Shown: positions 9,230-19,982, counted from the stretch's first letter. The stretch: 64,000 nucleotides of DNA from Promethearchaeota archaeon (GCA_019058445.1 JAHPZA010000010.1:1-64000), one strand, 5' to 3'. Translations and numbers: made by a program. The notes: a model not told the origin generated them from the letters alone.

Positions 9230-9928
9230 TTATTCATTGCCTAAAGCATAATCTATAGCAGCTAAACAATGAATTTGAGTTGTATCAAAGATAGGAATTT
9301 TAAAGTCTTTTTGATTTATCAATAGGGGTATCTCGGTACAGCCTAAAATAATCCCTTCTGCTCCGTTTCTAATTAAGCTCTCAATAATTTTTTTATATTT
9401 ATCTCTTGAAGCTTCATTTATTTGCCCTAAACATAATTCATTATATATAACATCATGGATAACTTTCCGATCATCTGTGTCTGGGATAATCACATCAATG
9501 TTATATTTCTCTTTTATTCTACCTTTATAAAAGTCTTGTTCCATTGTAAACTTTGTTCCTAAAAGCCCCACTTTTTTTAAATTCTTCTCCTTAACCTTCT
9601 CTGCAGCTGCATCTGCAATATGCAATAGTGGAATATGTATAGCATTTTGAACTTCATTAGCCATTTTATGCATGGTATTAGTACATATTAAAACCATATT
9701 TGCCCCGGCATTCTCTAGCTTTTGAGCGGATCCAACCATAATTCTTGTAAGTTCGTCCCATTTACCCTCATGTTGTAAATTCTCAATTTCTTCGAAATCA
9801 ACAGAATATAAAATGCATTTCGCGGAATGCAATCCTCCTAATCTCTCTTTTACGGTTTCATTTAATATTCTATAATATTCAAGAGATGATTCCCAACTCA
9901 TTCCTCCTAATAATCCTATTACTTTCAT
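9230..9928 (-). CDS. aspartate/glutamate racemase family protein
   Basis: IGLLGGMSWES, ICTNTMH, LGCTEIPLL catalytic Cys motifs. Confidence 0.93.
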   Translation of the reverse strand: MKVIGLLGGMSWESSLEYYRILNETVKERLGGLHSAKCILYSVDFEEIENLQHEGKWDELTRIMVGSAQKLENAGANMVLICTNTMHKMANEVQNAIHIPLLHIADAAAEKVKEKNLKKVGLLGTKFTMEQDFYKGRIKEKYNIDVIIPDTDDRKVIHDVIYNELCLGQINEASRDKYKKIIESLIRNGAEGIILGCTEIPLLINQKDFKIPIFDTTQIHCLAAIDYALGNE

Positions 9929-9955
9929 TTCTTAACACCTTATGTTTAATATTTA

Positions 9956-10273
9956 TTAAAGACTCTCACACCAAAGGTCTCGAATAACTTTTTCCTTTAA
10001 TAGCGGTTCAACAGTAAAATCGTCTTGAACTTCTGTAGTACATGCCAAACATGATTTACCGTTGATGCGCACTAAACACCTTCTGCAGAAACCGAGCCGA
10101 CAATTGATAAAAAACGCCAGACTTGGATCTACGTTTTCTCTCACGTATGTGAGGCAATCTTGTACGCACATCGCACCATTTAAGGGAATATCGTACACTT
10201 CAAAGTGAGGTTTTTCGTCCTTTTCTGGGTCAAATCTAAAACAACTCATCTTTATTATTTCTTTTTTTTCCAT
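9956..10273 (-). CDS. 2Fe-2S protein (SdhB/FrdB N-terminal domain only)
   Basis: RFDPE, DPSLAF, CRLGFCRRC..INGKSCLAC, VIRDL. Confidence 0.85.
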   Translation of the reverse strand: MEKKEIIKMSCFRFDPEKDEKPHFEVYDIPLNGAMCVQDCLTYVRENVDPSLAFFINCRLGFCRRCLVRINGKSCLACTTEVQDDFTVEPLLKEKVIRDLWCESL

Positions 10274-10286
10274 TTTATTCCCTCCC

Positions 10287-12101
10287 TCAATCTCTTTTTA
10301 ACGAAGCTGTGGCTACACCTATCGCTTCTTGATATGTGAGTTTCCCGCTCGGTAATGAAATTTTAGTGATAGTTGGAGTTTCAAACTTTATTTCAGTTTT
10401 GCCATCTTTCCTTTTAATAACTATGGTTTTTAGCCACTTATCATTATCAGTAAAAGTATAATCTTTTCGATAAAATTCTCCACGACTTTCTTCCCTTAAT
10501 AAAGAAGTTTTGGCAGAAAGATATAAACAGGTTAGCATGTTTCTCAATTCTATTGCTCTAAAAAATTCAAAATTTAACGTTTTGTTTTTAGATGACGAAA
10601 CATACAATTTTTGTAGATCTACATTTAATAATTTTTCAATTTCAGCCACACCTTCTTCTAGATCTTTGCCGTTTTTTATCAAGCCTATTTTTTCTCCAGA
10701 GATTTTGTGCATTTTGAGCTGAAGCTCGTTTGGTGTGATTCCAACCTCTCTCAAAAGCGGCCCATTCATTCTATTTATAATTTCTTTAACCTGAGCAATG
10801 TTTAAGTCTCCTTGTGTGACTGTTTTTATGTATTTAGGGGCTAATTCGCCTGCAATTTTTCCTTGAACTCCTGCTTCTGTACAGGCAGAAGCTACTCTCA
10901 CTGCCCCCCACATACCTCCGGTACATTCACCCGCAGCAAATAGTCCTGGGATGGTTGTTTCAGTGTTTTCATTAATTTTAACACCTCCGCCCATGTAATG
11001 TGCGCCATTTCCCACTTCTGCGTCCTCAGTTTTCATCATTTCTAGCAACTCAGGTAGTAGTGTAGTAAACTCGTATCGAGTGTCTTTCATTTCATTTTTA
11101 ATTCGGTGATTAGCGACCTTAATTAGCATATCCATAAAGCGTTTTCTTGTATGTTTCAGAGAAAAAAAAACACCTCCATGTGGACTGCCACGGCCTTCTT
11201 CTATTTCTAACTGGGATGCGATTGAAACAATTTCCTTTGTACTTTGCTCCAGATTTGTGGAATCATAGTTCTCCATAAACCTCTCTCCATTTTTATTTAA
11301 AAGTTTTATTGTTTTACCGAAGGGGTCTACTTCTTTGATTATGTAGAGGATAATACTACCCTTATCTTTTGGAGGCCAAACCATAGTTACCGGACAAAAT
11401 TGAACCATTTCCATAGAAATTAATTCTGCTCCAACCCGATAAGCCATTGCAACACCATCTCCAGTAAGGTCTTCTGGACCTGTATTGAAAGCATAAGCTT
11501 TATGCCACCCTCCCGTGGCTAATATTACGGCCTTACATTTGATCACTATTATTTCTCCAGATACGATGTCTAAAGCTACTGCTCCTACTATTTTTCCCTC
11601 GTTAGTTAACAAGTCAACGACCATAGTATCTTCCAAAATCGGGATTTTGAGCTCTTTAACCTTTTTCCGAATGGTCGCAACCCATAAAATCCCTGAAGAG
11701 ATAATCCCTCGCGCCATTTCTTCTGTATGAGCAGATTCGTAACTGTAAACTTTCATTCCCCAATCAATAAGGTCTTTCATTGCTTTAGGTGCATATTCCA
11801 CATATTTTTCAAGCATTTTTTGATTTCCCAGATATAATCCTTCCCGTACAAGTGTTTCAAAAAATAAATCGGGGCTATCTCGTTCATCTCCCTCAAAGCC
11901 TAATTCTCTCCCACCTAGTCCATCAACATTAAAATCTGCTCCCGCCATTTGAGATGCTCCACATTGGCCGATTTTACCTTTAGTTATTATCAAAATGTCA
12001 GCCCCACTTTTACTAGCTTCAATGGCAGCATGACCCCCTGCTCCTTCACTACCGACAATTAAAATATCTGTAGAAATTATCTTATCACATAAATCTTCCA
12101 T
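10287..12101 (-). CDS. SdhA/FrdA/NadB-family flavoprotein of unknown substrate
   Basis: DILIVGSEGAG, ILATGG, TGDGVAMAYRVGA, MEMVQF, HYMGGG, PGLFAAGE, REESRG. Confidence 0.88.
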   Translation of the reverse strand: MEDLCDKIISTDILIVGSEGAGGHAAIEASKSGADILIITKGKIGQCGASQMAGADFNVDGLGGRELGFEGDERDSPDLFFETLVREGLYLGNQKMLEKYVEYAPKAMKDLIDWGMKVYSYESAHTEEMARGIISSGILWVATIRKKVKELKIPILEDTMVVDLLTNEGKIVGAVALDIVSGEIIVIKCKAVILATGGWHKAYAFNTGPEDLTGDGVAMAYRVGAELISMEMVQFCPVTMVWPPKDKGSIILYIIKEVDPFGKTIKLLNKNGERFMENYDSTNLEQSTKEIVSIASQLEIEEGRGSPHGGVFFSLKHTRKRFMDMLIKVANHRIKNEMKDTRYEFTTLLPELLEMMKTEDAEVGNGAHYMGGGVKINENTETTIPGLFAAGECTGGMWGAVRVASACTEAGVQGKIAGELAPKYIKTVTQGDLNIAQVKEIINRMNGPLLREVGITPNELQLKMHKISGEKIGLIKNGKDLEEGVAEIEKLLNVDLQKLYVSSSKNKTLNFEFFRAIELRNMLTCLYLSAKTSLLREESRGEFYRKDYTFTDNDKWLKTIVIKRKDGKTEIKFETPTITKISLPSGKLTYQEAIGVATASLKRD

Positions 12102-12127
12102 TTAAATATCAACTCTCTTTTTGATTC

Positions 12128-12622
12128 TTATTTTCCCTTTACGATATATCTAAAGTGACATTTTTTACCGTCTAACATCATTCTAGAAGGCAATTCAAGT
12201 ATCAAATCTGGATTATAACCTTCCAGTATAGCGTGATCTACATATTCACAATAAATCTTACCATAATCCTCTTTGCCCCATTCTTTACATGCATTACAAT
12301 ATATACAATCTCTCACGATAATCTCTACATTTCCATCAACTATCTTAGGCTTATATTTAAGGATACTTCTACTGTCTAAGTCACCATATATAAAGAAATT
12401 CTTTAAGTTAAGATCCTTTTCTAGTGATTTAACCAGTTCTGCGATTCTTTTACCTCTTTCCAAACCATATTTTTTTATTGAATCTGCTATTACATCTCTT
12501 CCTTCTTGACCGAATTTTTTAACTACTTCTTCTGTTACTGTACACAACAACTGAGCAAACATCGCAAAAAAATGAGTTTTGTATTTATTACCTACTTCTC
12601 TTTGAGCGCTTAATACTTCCAT
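12128..12622 (-). CDS. ATC-hydrolase-like (V4R-related) protein; possible upstream ATA start at 12661
   Basis: KKFGQEG..IKKYGLERG, CIYC..W..GKIYCEYVDHAILEGYNP, CHF. Confidence 0.7.
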   Translation of the reverse strand: MEVLSAQREVGNKYKTHFFAMFAQLLCTVTEEVVKKFGQEGRDVIADSIKKYGLERGKRIAELVKSLEKDLNLKNFFIYGDLDSRSILKYKPKIVDGNVEIIVRDCIYCNACKEWGKEDYGKIYCEYVDHAILEGYNPDLILELPSRMMLDGKKCHFRYIVKGK

Positions 12623-12820
12623 TAAATCATCGTTAGTAAAACCTTCAAATTCATTTGTTATATTTAATCACTTCCTAAATATTCTAATTTTTAAATAATT
12701 TCGATAGAATTTACCTAAACTAAATTAGCATTTTACCCTTTTTAAATATAAAAGATACTTTTTGTACTTTAAGTGAAAAAATTTATACTTCTTCTAATGG
12801 AGAGGAATTTACTTTAGAAA

Positions 12821-13270
12821 TCATTCAGAATATAATAGAAAATATAAAACAAGTGGTATAGATAATAGAAGAAAACCTTCTCCATAATCCGTTAATTTAT
12901 ATGAAATATGAACAGGTCGAGTATCATGAATTCTACGAGTAATAAAACCTGAATCTTCTAAAGATTTTAGCCTGTCTGTAAGAATTCTTGAGCTAATCCC
13001 CTTTAAAGTTCTTTTTATCTCATTATAATACACTTCTCCAAGGATATTTAATATATGAATAATATCAAGAGTCCATTTTCCTTGAATTATCTCAAAAAAT
13101 TGTTTAAGATATTTTCTTTCTTCAGTAATCCTGTCAATATTATGGGTCAAATTCACCCTCTCTTTATAAATACATTCTTTAGTGATTTTTTGAATTTCTG
13201 GAATTAATTCATAAAGTGCTTTAAATTGTTTAAAATATATTCCGTTTTTTTCTACCTTCATTTTCATCAT
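12821..13270 (-). CDS. HxlR-family winged-helix regulator
   Basis: GKWTLDII, GISSRILTDRLKSLE, PVHISYKLTDYG. Confidence 0.88.
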   Translation of the reverse strand: MMKMKVEKNGIYFKQFKALYELIPEIQKITKECIYKERVNLTHNIDRITEERKYLKQFFEIIQGKWTLDIIHILNILGEVYYNEIKRTLKGISSRILTDRLKSLEDSGFITRRIHDTRPVHISYKLTDYGEGFLLLSIPLVLYFLLYSE

Positions 13271-13437
13271 TTTTAATTTTCTTTATATTCCTTATGAAAA
13301 AATATATTAGATTTGTAATAGAAATAACCTTTTTATAAAGCTGAATACTCAAATTCGAACTCTAATGAAAAAAAGTATTACTCATTCCTATTTTTATATT
13401 AGTTAAATAATTAAATTTGAGTTTATTAAAACCAATT

Positions 13438-14553
13438 ATGATCATTGGAATCCCTAAAGAAATTAAAATTGGTGAGGGGAGAGTAAGCCTAACTCCTAAT
13501 AATGTCGAGGATCTAGTTCAAATGGGACATAAAATTCTCATAGAACATAATGCAGGTAAAATTTCAGGCTTTCCAGATAATGCTTATATTGAAACTGGGG
13601 CTAAAATAATAACTTCAAAACAAAAACTCTATTCAGACTCAGAAATCGTTGTAAAAGTTAAAGAACCTGTCCATGAAGAATTAAAATTTTTTAATCCAGG
13701 ACCTATACTATTCTCATTTTTACATTTAGCAGCAAATCAAGAACTTACTAGGACGTTAATAAATGGTAAATCAACAGCATTGGCATTTGAATCTGTAAGA
13801 TTAGAAAATGGTCAAATGCCGATTCTTATGCCTATGTCTGAAATTGCAGGGAGAATGGCAGTTCTTATAGGAGCTAATCTTTTATCTATAAAAAATAAGG
13901 GTTCAGGTCTATTATTGGGGGGCTCTGCTGGAATTTATCATGGTTATGTGGTAATCATAGGAGGAGGATCTGCTGGAAGAAGTGCAGCCTTAGCTGCTAA
14001 TGGAATAGGCGCCCATGTCATTATTTTAGAAAAGAATATTACAAGGATTAGATACTTAAATGATACTCTACCGAAGGGCATAACAATCACTACTTCTCAC
14101 AGACGAAATCTAAAAGAGTGTGTGAAATTAGCAGATTTACTAATTGGAACAGTTTTAATACCAAATGCTAAAGCTCCAAGAATTATTTCTCAAGAGATGG
14201 TTAAGACAATGAATCCGGGGTCTGTAATAGTAGATATATCGATAGATCAAGGAGGATGTATTGAAACCAGTCGACCAACGACTCATGAAAACCCTATATA
14301 TAGTGTAGAGAAAATAATTCATTATTGCGTTACGAATATGCCTGGAGCGTATCCCAGAACTGCAACCGAAGCATTATCCGAAAATCTTTTTCCATTTCTA
14401 ACTGACTTGATTTCTAATGAGGATGTAAATAGAGTACTAAAAAAAAATGCACCTTTAAGAAATAGTGTAAATTTATATAACGGAAATATTACAATCAAAG
14501 CTATTTCTGATGAGTTTGTTTTAACACATAAATCCATTGATGAGTTAATATAA
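13438..14553 (+). CDS. ald: alanine dehydrogenase
   Basis: [62 protein letters not shown]. Confidence 0.93.
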   Translation: MIIGIPKEIKIGEGRVSLTPNNVEDLVQMGHKILIEHNAGKISGFPDNAYIETGAKIITSKQKLYSDSEIVVKVKEPVHEELKFFNPGPILFSFLHLAANQELTRTLINGKSTALAFESVRLENGQMPILMPMSEIAGRMAVLIGANLLSIKNKGSGLLLGGSAGIYHGYVVIIGGGSAGRSAALAANGIGAHVIILEKNITRIRYLNDTLPKGITITTSHRRNLKECVKLADLLIGTVLIPNAKAPRIISQEMVKTMNPGSVIVDISIDQGGCIETSRPTTHENPIYSVEKIIHYCVTNMPGAYPRTATEALSENLFPFLTDLISNEDVNRVLKKNAPLRNSVNLYNGNITIKAISDEFVLTHKSIDELI

Positions 14554-14585
14554 AAAATAATGAAACTAAAAGAAGAAGAATCATT

Positions 14586-14690
14586 TCACCACATTTTTGT
14601 TGCTTCAATTATTAGGTAGATAATAGCTATGGTGAAAATTGTCAAAACAAGAAGTCCAAAAATTAATAATCCTATATCTGATCTGTTCAT
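14586..14690 (-). CDS. putative 34-aa single-pass membrane microprotein
   Basis: Manual translation MNRSDIGLLIFGLLVLTIFTIAIIYLIIEATKMW*, one hydrophobic helix; below the ORF-track size cutoff. Confidence 0.5.
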   Translation of the reverse strand: MNRSDIGLLIFGLLVLTIFTIAIIYLIIEATKMW

Positions 14691-14826
14691 GTTTTTCAAA
14701 AGCTCTTTTTCTATAGTAGATATATGAAATGTTTTTTATGAAGTTTTTCAAGAAAACCTATTTCCATCTATAATATCATATATATAAATGTCAAAAAAGG
14801 TTTTTTAAATTTGAGAAAAAAGTTAT

Positions 14827-16308
14827 GTGTTATCGTTCATTCTATCTATACAAATAATAAGAGGCAGTTTAATTATTCGAATCCCTCTCATAGTAAGATG
14901 TGCTGATTGTGATAAAGAATTCGCAATAACCTCAATAGAGTACAAATGCCCAGTTTGTGGAGGTTTGCTTTGGGTTAAGATTGATGAAACAAAATTTCAA
15001 GAAAAATTTAAGCATATTCAAAAACATAATTCTTTTTGGGATTTTTATTTCGCATTACCCCAAATAAAAAAGGAATTTTTCATTACTCTGGGAGAGGGAG
15101 GAACTCCTTGTAGGGAATCAAATAGAATTGGAAAAAACTTAGAGTTAAAGAATCTATTTTTTAAAGACGAGACTCATAATCCCACGAATTCATTTAAGGA
15201 TCGGGCAGCAGCTCTTTTGATTTCTCATGCGAGGAGTTGGGACTTTCAAAAGGTAATTTGTGCTTCAAATGGGAATCAAGGTGCTTCAATTGCCGCATAT
15301 ACATCTTTAGAGGGGATGGAATGTATAAATATTATTCCTAGCGAAATTGAGATTGGTAAAAAAGCCCAACTCATTGCGTATAACTCTAAAATCATTATTG
15401 AAGGGAATATCATTGATGATGCTATAAATTCAGCATTATCTCCTGAATATATTAAAGAATACTATCAATGTACCCCAGAATTCAATCCACTAACGATAGA
15501 AGCTCAAAAAACAATAGCTTTTGAAATCTATAAAGATATAAATGTTCCAGATTGGGTTATAGTTCCTATGGGTAATGGTGGATGTCTTGTTAGTATTTGG
15601 AAAGGTTTTTTGGAACTAAAAGAAACTGGAGTCATTGAAAAATTGCCTAAACTAGTCGGAGTGCAATCTGAAGTTTGTGCTCCAATTGTGGAAGAATTTC
15701 TTCATAAGCAAAGCGGAACTTTTGAGGATACAAATATTTTACAATCTAAAGCAAGATCTATTATGGTAAAAAATCCATTGTACCAAGCAGCAGCTATAAG
15801 AGCTATAAAAGAAAGTAATGGAACAGCTTTAGCGATGCCTGAAAATTTAATGCTAAGTTCTATAGGAGATCTCGCAAGATATGAGGGAATTTTTGCTGAA
15901 CCTGCTTCAGCCTTAACTATCGGAGCATTAACTATGTTAATTCAGCATTATAATATGAAGCATGACGATATTGTGGTTTGTTTAATTACTGGAAGCGGTT
16001 TGAAAGCACCCTATGTTTTAGAAGCATTATCCACTAGAGCAAAAACAGCAGGAATGGGAGGTATACTAAGCACCAAATTGAAAATACTATCTCAAATTTC
16101 AATTTCAAATAAAAAAGGAATTCACGGGGCTAAACTTAAAGAAATAATAGGTTCAGTGAGTTTACCTGCCATATATCAGCATCTTAAAGAATTAGAGATA
16201 AAAAAATTAATACATCGAAAAAAAGAGGGAAAAAAAGTATTATATTTTATAACTGAAGATGGGAAAAAAGTTTTGGATGCTATGGATGTTCTCATCACTT
16301 TATTATGA
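14827..16308 (+). CDS. thrC: threonine synthase-like PLP enzyme with C-terminal winged-helix domain (true start possibly ATT 14872)
   Basis: N-terminal CxxC..CxxC, TLGEGGTP, NPTNSFKDR PLP lysine, PMGNGG, EGIFAEPASA, ITGSGLK; C-terminal SLPAIYQHLKELE..YFITEDG. Confidence 0.8.
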   Translation: MLSFILSIQIIRGSLIIRIPLIVRCADCDKEFAITSIEYKCPVCGGLLWVKIDETKFQEKFKHIQKHNSFWDFYFALPQIKKEFFITLGEGGTPCRESNRIGKNLELKNLFFKDETHNPTNSFKDRAAALLISHARSWDFQKVICASNGNQGASIAAYTSLEGMECINIIPSEIEIGKKAQLIAYNSKIIIEGNIIDDAINSALSPEYIKEYYQCTPEFNPLTIEAQKTIAFEIYKDINVPDWVIVPMGNGGCLVSIWKGFLELKETGVIEKLPKLVGVQSEVCAPIVEEFLHKQSGTFEDTNILQSKARSIMVKNPLYQAAAIRAIKESNGTALAMPENLMLSSIGDLARYEGIFAEPASALTIGALTMLIQHYNMKHDDIVVCLITGSGLKAPYVLEALSTRAKTAGMGGILSTKLKILSQISISNKKGIHGAKLKEIIGSVSLPAIYQHLKELEIKKLIHRKKEGKKVLYFITEDGKKVLDAMDVLITLL

Positions 16309-16624
16309 AGTATCTTGTACTTCTTATCTAAAATAAAGAGGAGCTTATCTATTAAGAAACCTTAAAACAGAATACAAAAATAAAAACCATTCTAACAGTG
16401 AATTTGTGGCAAATAGTTAAGACACATTCTTAATATAATAAAATGTTTAGGAACTACATCCCTATTTTAAAAATTTACAACTTTCTCGGAGAAAATAAGA
16501 AAATTACTAATTTTTTAGTCGGTAGGAATATTTATTTGTGATTTGTTTCTTAGCTATTATCATAATTTAATATACAATAACCAAATAGAATAAAAAATGA
16601 CTCATGGACAAGAAGTATTAACTA

Positions 16625-18187
16625 TTGACAATTATGACTAAATGGGTTAATAGAAAGAGAAATTTAATAGCTAATCAGATTAGAGATCTAAGTAATAAAT
16701 TAATAATTATCCTTCATACTACTAAAAAGGATTTAAGTATTAAACTGGAAAATAAAGATAATTACTTGACAATATTTCCCAGAAATATTAAACTTAAAAC
16801 TATAAAATCCTACAAATTATATCAAAAAATCGTTTCCTGGCATAATATAATTCAAAAAGAATTCGAGGAGGAGAAAGTAAAAAAAGAGACGATAGATATC
16901 TTCTTTAAAAATTATAATAAGCTCAAATGGCGTACTTTAAGACTTGGTACATTTGAACTATATCACCGATTTAGGTATTATGAGCAAAAAATAAAAAATA
17001 AGGGATTGGAACTTATAAGTACATTTAATGATTTTATCAATGATATCTTAATTAATAATAACTCATCAAGTAGATTTATCTTTAAGGCAATCTGTAATGA
17101 GACTTACCATCCAGTCATAGTAAACAATTTTATGTATGCTTCTTCTACTGTTTGTAGATTCTGCAATTACTATACTTCATATTTTGATTTAAAATTTACA
17201 GTTGAGGATAATGGATATACGCTTAAGACTCCAAGTTCAGAGATGCAATGGATAGATATGATCCTTAACCGAAAAGGAACTAAAATAGTTAATCCTGCTT
17301 ATATGAAAATAACAGTTATATGTGGGATACATGGCGATTTTAATACGACTTATCATGATCAGCAACAAAAGTATGGATGTGCAGAATGTGGTAATGAAGT
17401 TAATAGATTATCAATCAATGAAATTAGAAAGAGAGGACTTTTTTATGGATTCACTTTAAAAAGATCAATGACTCATAAAGTAATTCGGCATAGATTATCT
17501 AAAAGGCAACAATTAGATTGGAACTGTGAAAAGGGTCACTTAGTTCAAGCTTTACCTTTTCCTTCGTCTCTAAAAAACAGTTATTGTGAGATATGTTCAG
17601 GAGGGAAAATAACTGAAGAAAGAAAAATACGCTATATGCTCAATCGGATGTTTTATATTAATAGTAAAGGTGCAAAACCTAAAAATTATTATAATATTGA
17701 TAGGCTGAAATGGAAGAATATAATCCAGAATAAGAGAGTATTGGACTATATTAGCAAGCATCACATAAATAAAACTAATTACTCACATTCACATATAGAC
17801 TATTTAGTAGAAAATTTTAAAATACAAGGAAAGCTTAAAAACGGGAAAGTTTCTGAACAAAAAGTTTTCTTTACGTTGGAGGTGTGGGAGTTACATCATA
17901 AAAAAGGTAGTAAAATATATAATCCTCGAATAGTAGAATACGATGGTTTAAAACAAATTCTATATGAAGAGGGATTTTTAGATATACATATCGTAATTAA
18001 AATTTATGAGCTTAGTGGACGTTTATATCATGACTTTATCATTAAAAAATTGATGCGTCAATTAAAAGAAAAATTTGGAATTGTTGAGTTAGATATGAAT
18101 ATAGGAAATATTACTTATAATAGGGTGCTAAGACACCTTAAACAGAATTTAGATAGCAAACAGTATAAATTGGAGAAATGGATGTGA
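16625..18187 (+). CDS. zinc-finger-repeat protein with putative C-terminal restriction-like/Vsr-like nuclease domain
   Basis: Three C-x(2-4)-H...CxxC units (CNETYH/CRFC, CGIH/CAEC, CEKGH/CEIC), then EERKIR, HIDY, LEVWELHH; nuclease call is by resemblance only. Confidence 0.5.
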   Translation: MTIMTKWVNRKRNLIANQIRDLSNKLIIILHTTKKDLSIKLENKDNYLTIFPRNIKLKTIKSYKLYQKIVSWHNIIQKEFEEEKVKKETIDIFFKNYNKLKWRTLRLGTFELYHRFRYYEQKIKNKGLELISTFNDFINDILINNNSSSRFIFKAICNETYHPVIVNNFMYASSTVCRFCNYYTSYFDLKFTVEDNGYTLKTPSSEMQWIDMILNRKGTKIVNPAYMKITVICGIHGDFNTTYHDQQQKYGCAECGNEVNRLSINEIRKRGLFYGFTLKRSMTHKVIRHRLSKRQQLDWNCEKGHLVQALPFPSSLKNSYCEICSGGKITEERKIRYMLNRMFYINSKGAKPKNYYNIDRLKWKNIIQNKRVLDYISKHHINKTNYSHSHIDYLVENFKIQGKLKNGKVSEQKVFFTLEVWELHHKKGSKIYNPRIVEYDGLKQILYEEGFLDIHIVIKIYELSGRLYHDFIIKKLMRQLKEKFGIVELDMNIGNITYNRVLRHLKQNLDSKQYKLEKWM

Positions 18188-18299
18188 AAGGATTTGATTC
18201 AGTATAAATTAAATTCTTATATTAATAAGAATACCGATTCTAATTTGAATATTCTAGTGGTCAAATTAATAAAAAAAAATGAGTTTGAATAAAAAACTA

Positions 18300-18935
18300 C
18301 TACTCGAGAGAATTTTCTTTATTTACTTCGACAATAAATATCTTATTAAATACTTCTGGTAGACCATCAATGATATTTCTTCTAACAGTTTTAGCAAAAA
18401 TTATTGCAATTATGACACTCACCCCAAATTGTATTGTAATATTTAAGACAAATTCATATAATGCTACCGGAAATCCAAAGATAATTGTCTCATAAATTAA
18501 ATAGCCAAAAACCATGATCATCCCTCCAACTACAACAGCTAAAATGTCTCTATAGGTTAATTTTTTATAATTCTTTTTTGGATTTGCAATTAAACCGACT
18601 ATGAATCCCTCCAATCCTTTAATGATTAATGTTGCGGGAGCATATATTGCATAACCTAAAAAAATATCTGCTAAAGCCGAACCCACTCCACCAGCAATTC
18701 CACCAATAATTGGGCCAAATAATAAACCTGTAATCATAACTCCAGCATCTCCAATATTAATAAATCCTTGGGTGGCAGGAATGGGAATAGCAATGATCAT
18801 AGTTAATACACATATTAAGGCACCAAAAATCCCTATCATGGAAATGGTTAAAGCATCTATCGGATAACTATATCCCATGAAATTTTTAACTTTGGTTTGA
18901 TATCTACTTTCTTCTGAATTAGATTTTGTTTCCAT
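18300..18935 (-). CDS. ECF transporter substrate-binding (S) component
   Basis: IPIPATQGFINIGD, LFGP, GVGSALAD, PATLIIKGLEG. Confidence 0.92.
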   Translation of the reverse strand: METKSNSEESRYQTKVKNFMGYSYPIDALTISMIGIFGALICVLTMIIAIPIPATQGFINIGDAGVMITGLLFGPIIGGIAGGVGSALADIFLGYAIYAPATLIIKGLEGFIVGLIANPKKNYKKLTYRDILAVVVGGMIMVFGYLIYETIIFGFPVALYEFVLNITIQFGVSVIIAIIFAKTVRRNIIDGLPEVFNKIFIVEVNKENSLE

Positions 18936-19295
18936 TTTTTATCACAAATAAAACGAATAAGTTTCAACTTATATTTAATGAATAAGTTTGATCTTATATA
19001 TTAATTTTATTGTTTTTTATCTATGAAAAAGGCTTCTTGAGATTATTTTCAATATAATAACAAAAAAAATCAACTTTCTAACAACTTATTTATAGCTGAT
19101 GCACATGAATAAATTGCTATATCAAGCGTGTATTTAATCATACTAAAATATATTTATTGACTTTTATTTAAATTTAACCAAGTTGCTTGATTCCAAGTAT
19201 CAGCATTACAAATGGAACATTTCAACTATTTGATTACCTTGTTCAAATTTTTGTCCATTATTTCTTCTTTTACATTTAAATTCATTGCTATTATT

Positions 19296-19982
19296 TTAAT
19301 TTCCTTCATTTTCTATAATTCCTTCATGGAGATAATAAATATATTTGACCCCATAACCAAGGTCTTCTTGTTCAGGTTCATCTAATGGGACATATTTTCT
19401 TAAAACATCCATAAATTGCTTATATTCTTCCCCTGATTCAAGCTCAATACCCAAATTAGAATCTTTATATTCTGTAAAAGAGTCATCCACATACAACCAA
19501 ACACGATGCAAATCATACTCCTCTATTCCAACCATCACTGCTTTTATAGCGCTTAAATTAACTACCACTATATCCTTTACCTGTTCAAGGGTATTTGGAG
19601 GTAAATCTTCAAAAGTTATTTCAGTATTTATATCTAAATTCTTCTGAATCCACTTATCTTTAGTTAAAATCCAGAACTTATAATAGCTTTTTAATTCGTT
19701 ATGATTGAGATTATATTTTTTCATAATTTTCTTCTCCATTCTAAAAGAATAGTAAAAAGAAACCAGAATAATGCTTAGTATTAAAAGGAAAGTATATAAA
19801 ATTTCCATAAATGTGATATAATCTAAGACATAAAAGAGACTTATTGCGATGATATAAGATATAGCGTATGGACTGGATAATAGTAATAATTTTTTAAAGG
19901 ATGTGAATGATTGGTCTTTCTTTTTAGATTTTTCCCAAATTATATTTTCATTCTGATCTAATAATTGTTGGATTTTTTCCAT
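19296..19982 (-). CDS. hypothetical membrane protein (two TM helices plus soluble C-terminal domain)
   Basis: 228-aa ORF; LLDQNENIIW N-terminus followed by two hydrophobic helices. Confidence 0.7.
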   Translation of the reverse strand: MEKIQQLLDQNENIIWEKSKKKDQSFTSFKKLLLLSSPYAISYIIAISLFYVLDYITFMEILYTFLLILSIILVSFYYSFRMEKKIMKKYNLNHNELKSYYKFWILTKDKWIQKNLDINTEITFEDLPPNTLEQVKDIVVVNLSAIKAVMVGIEEYDLHRVWLYVDDSFTEYKDSNLGIELESGEEYKQFMDVLRKYVPLDEPEQEDLGYGVKYIYYLHEGIIENEGN

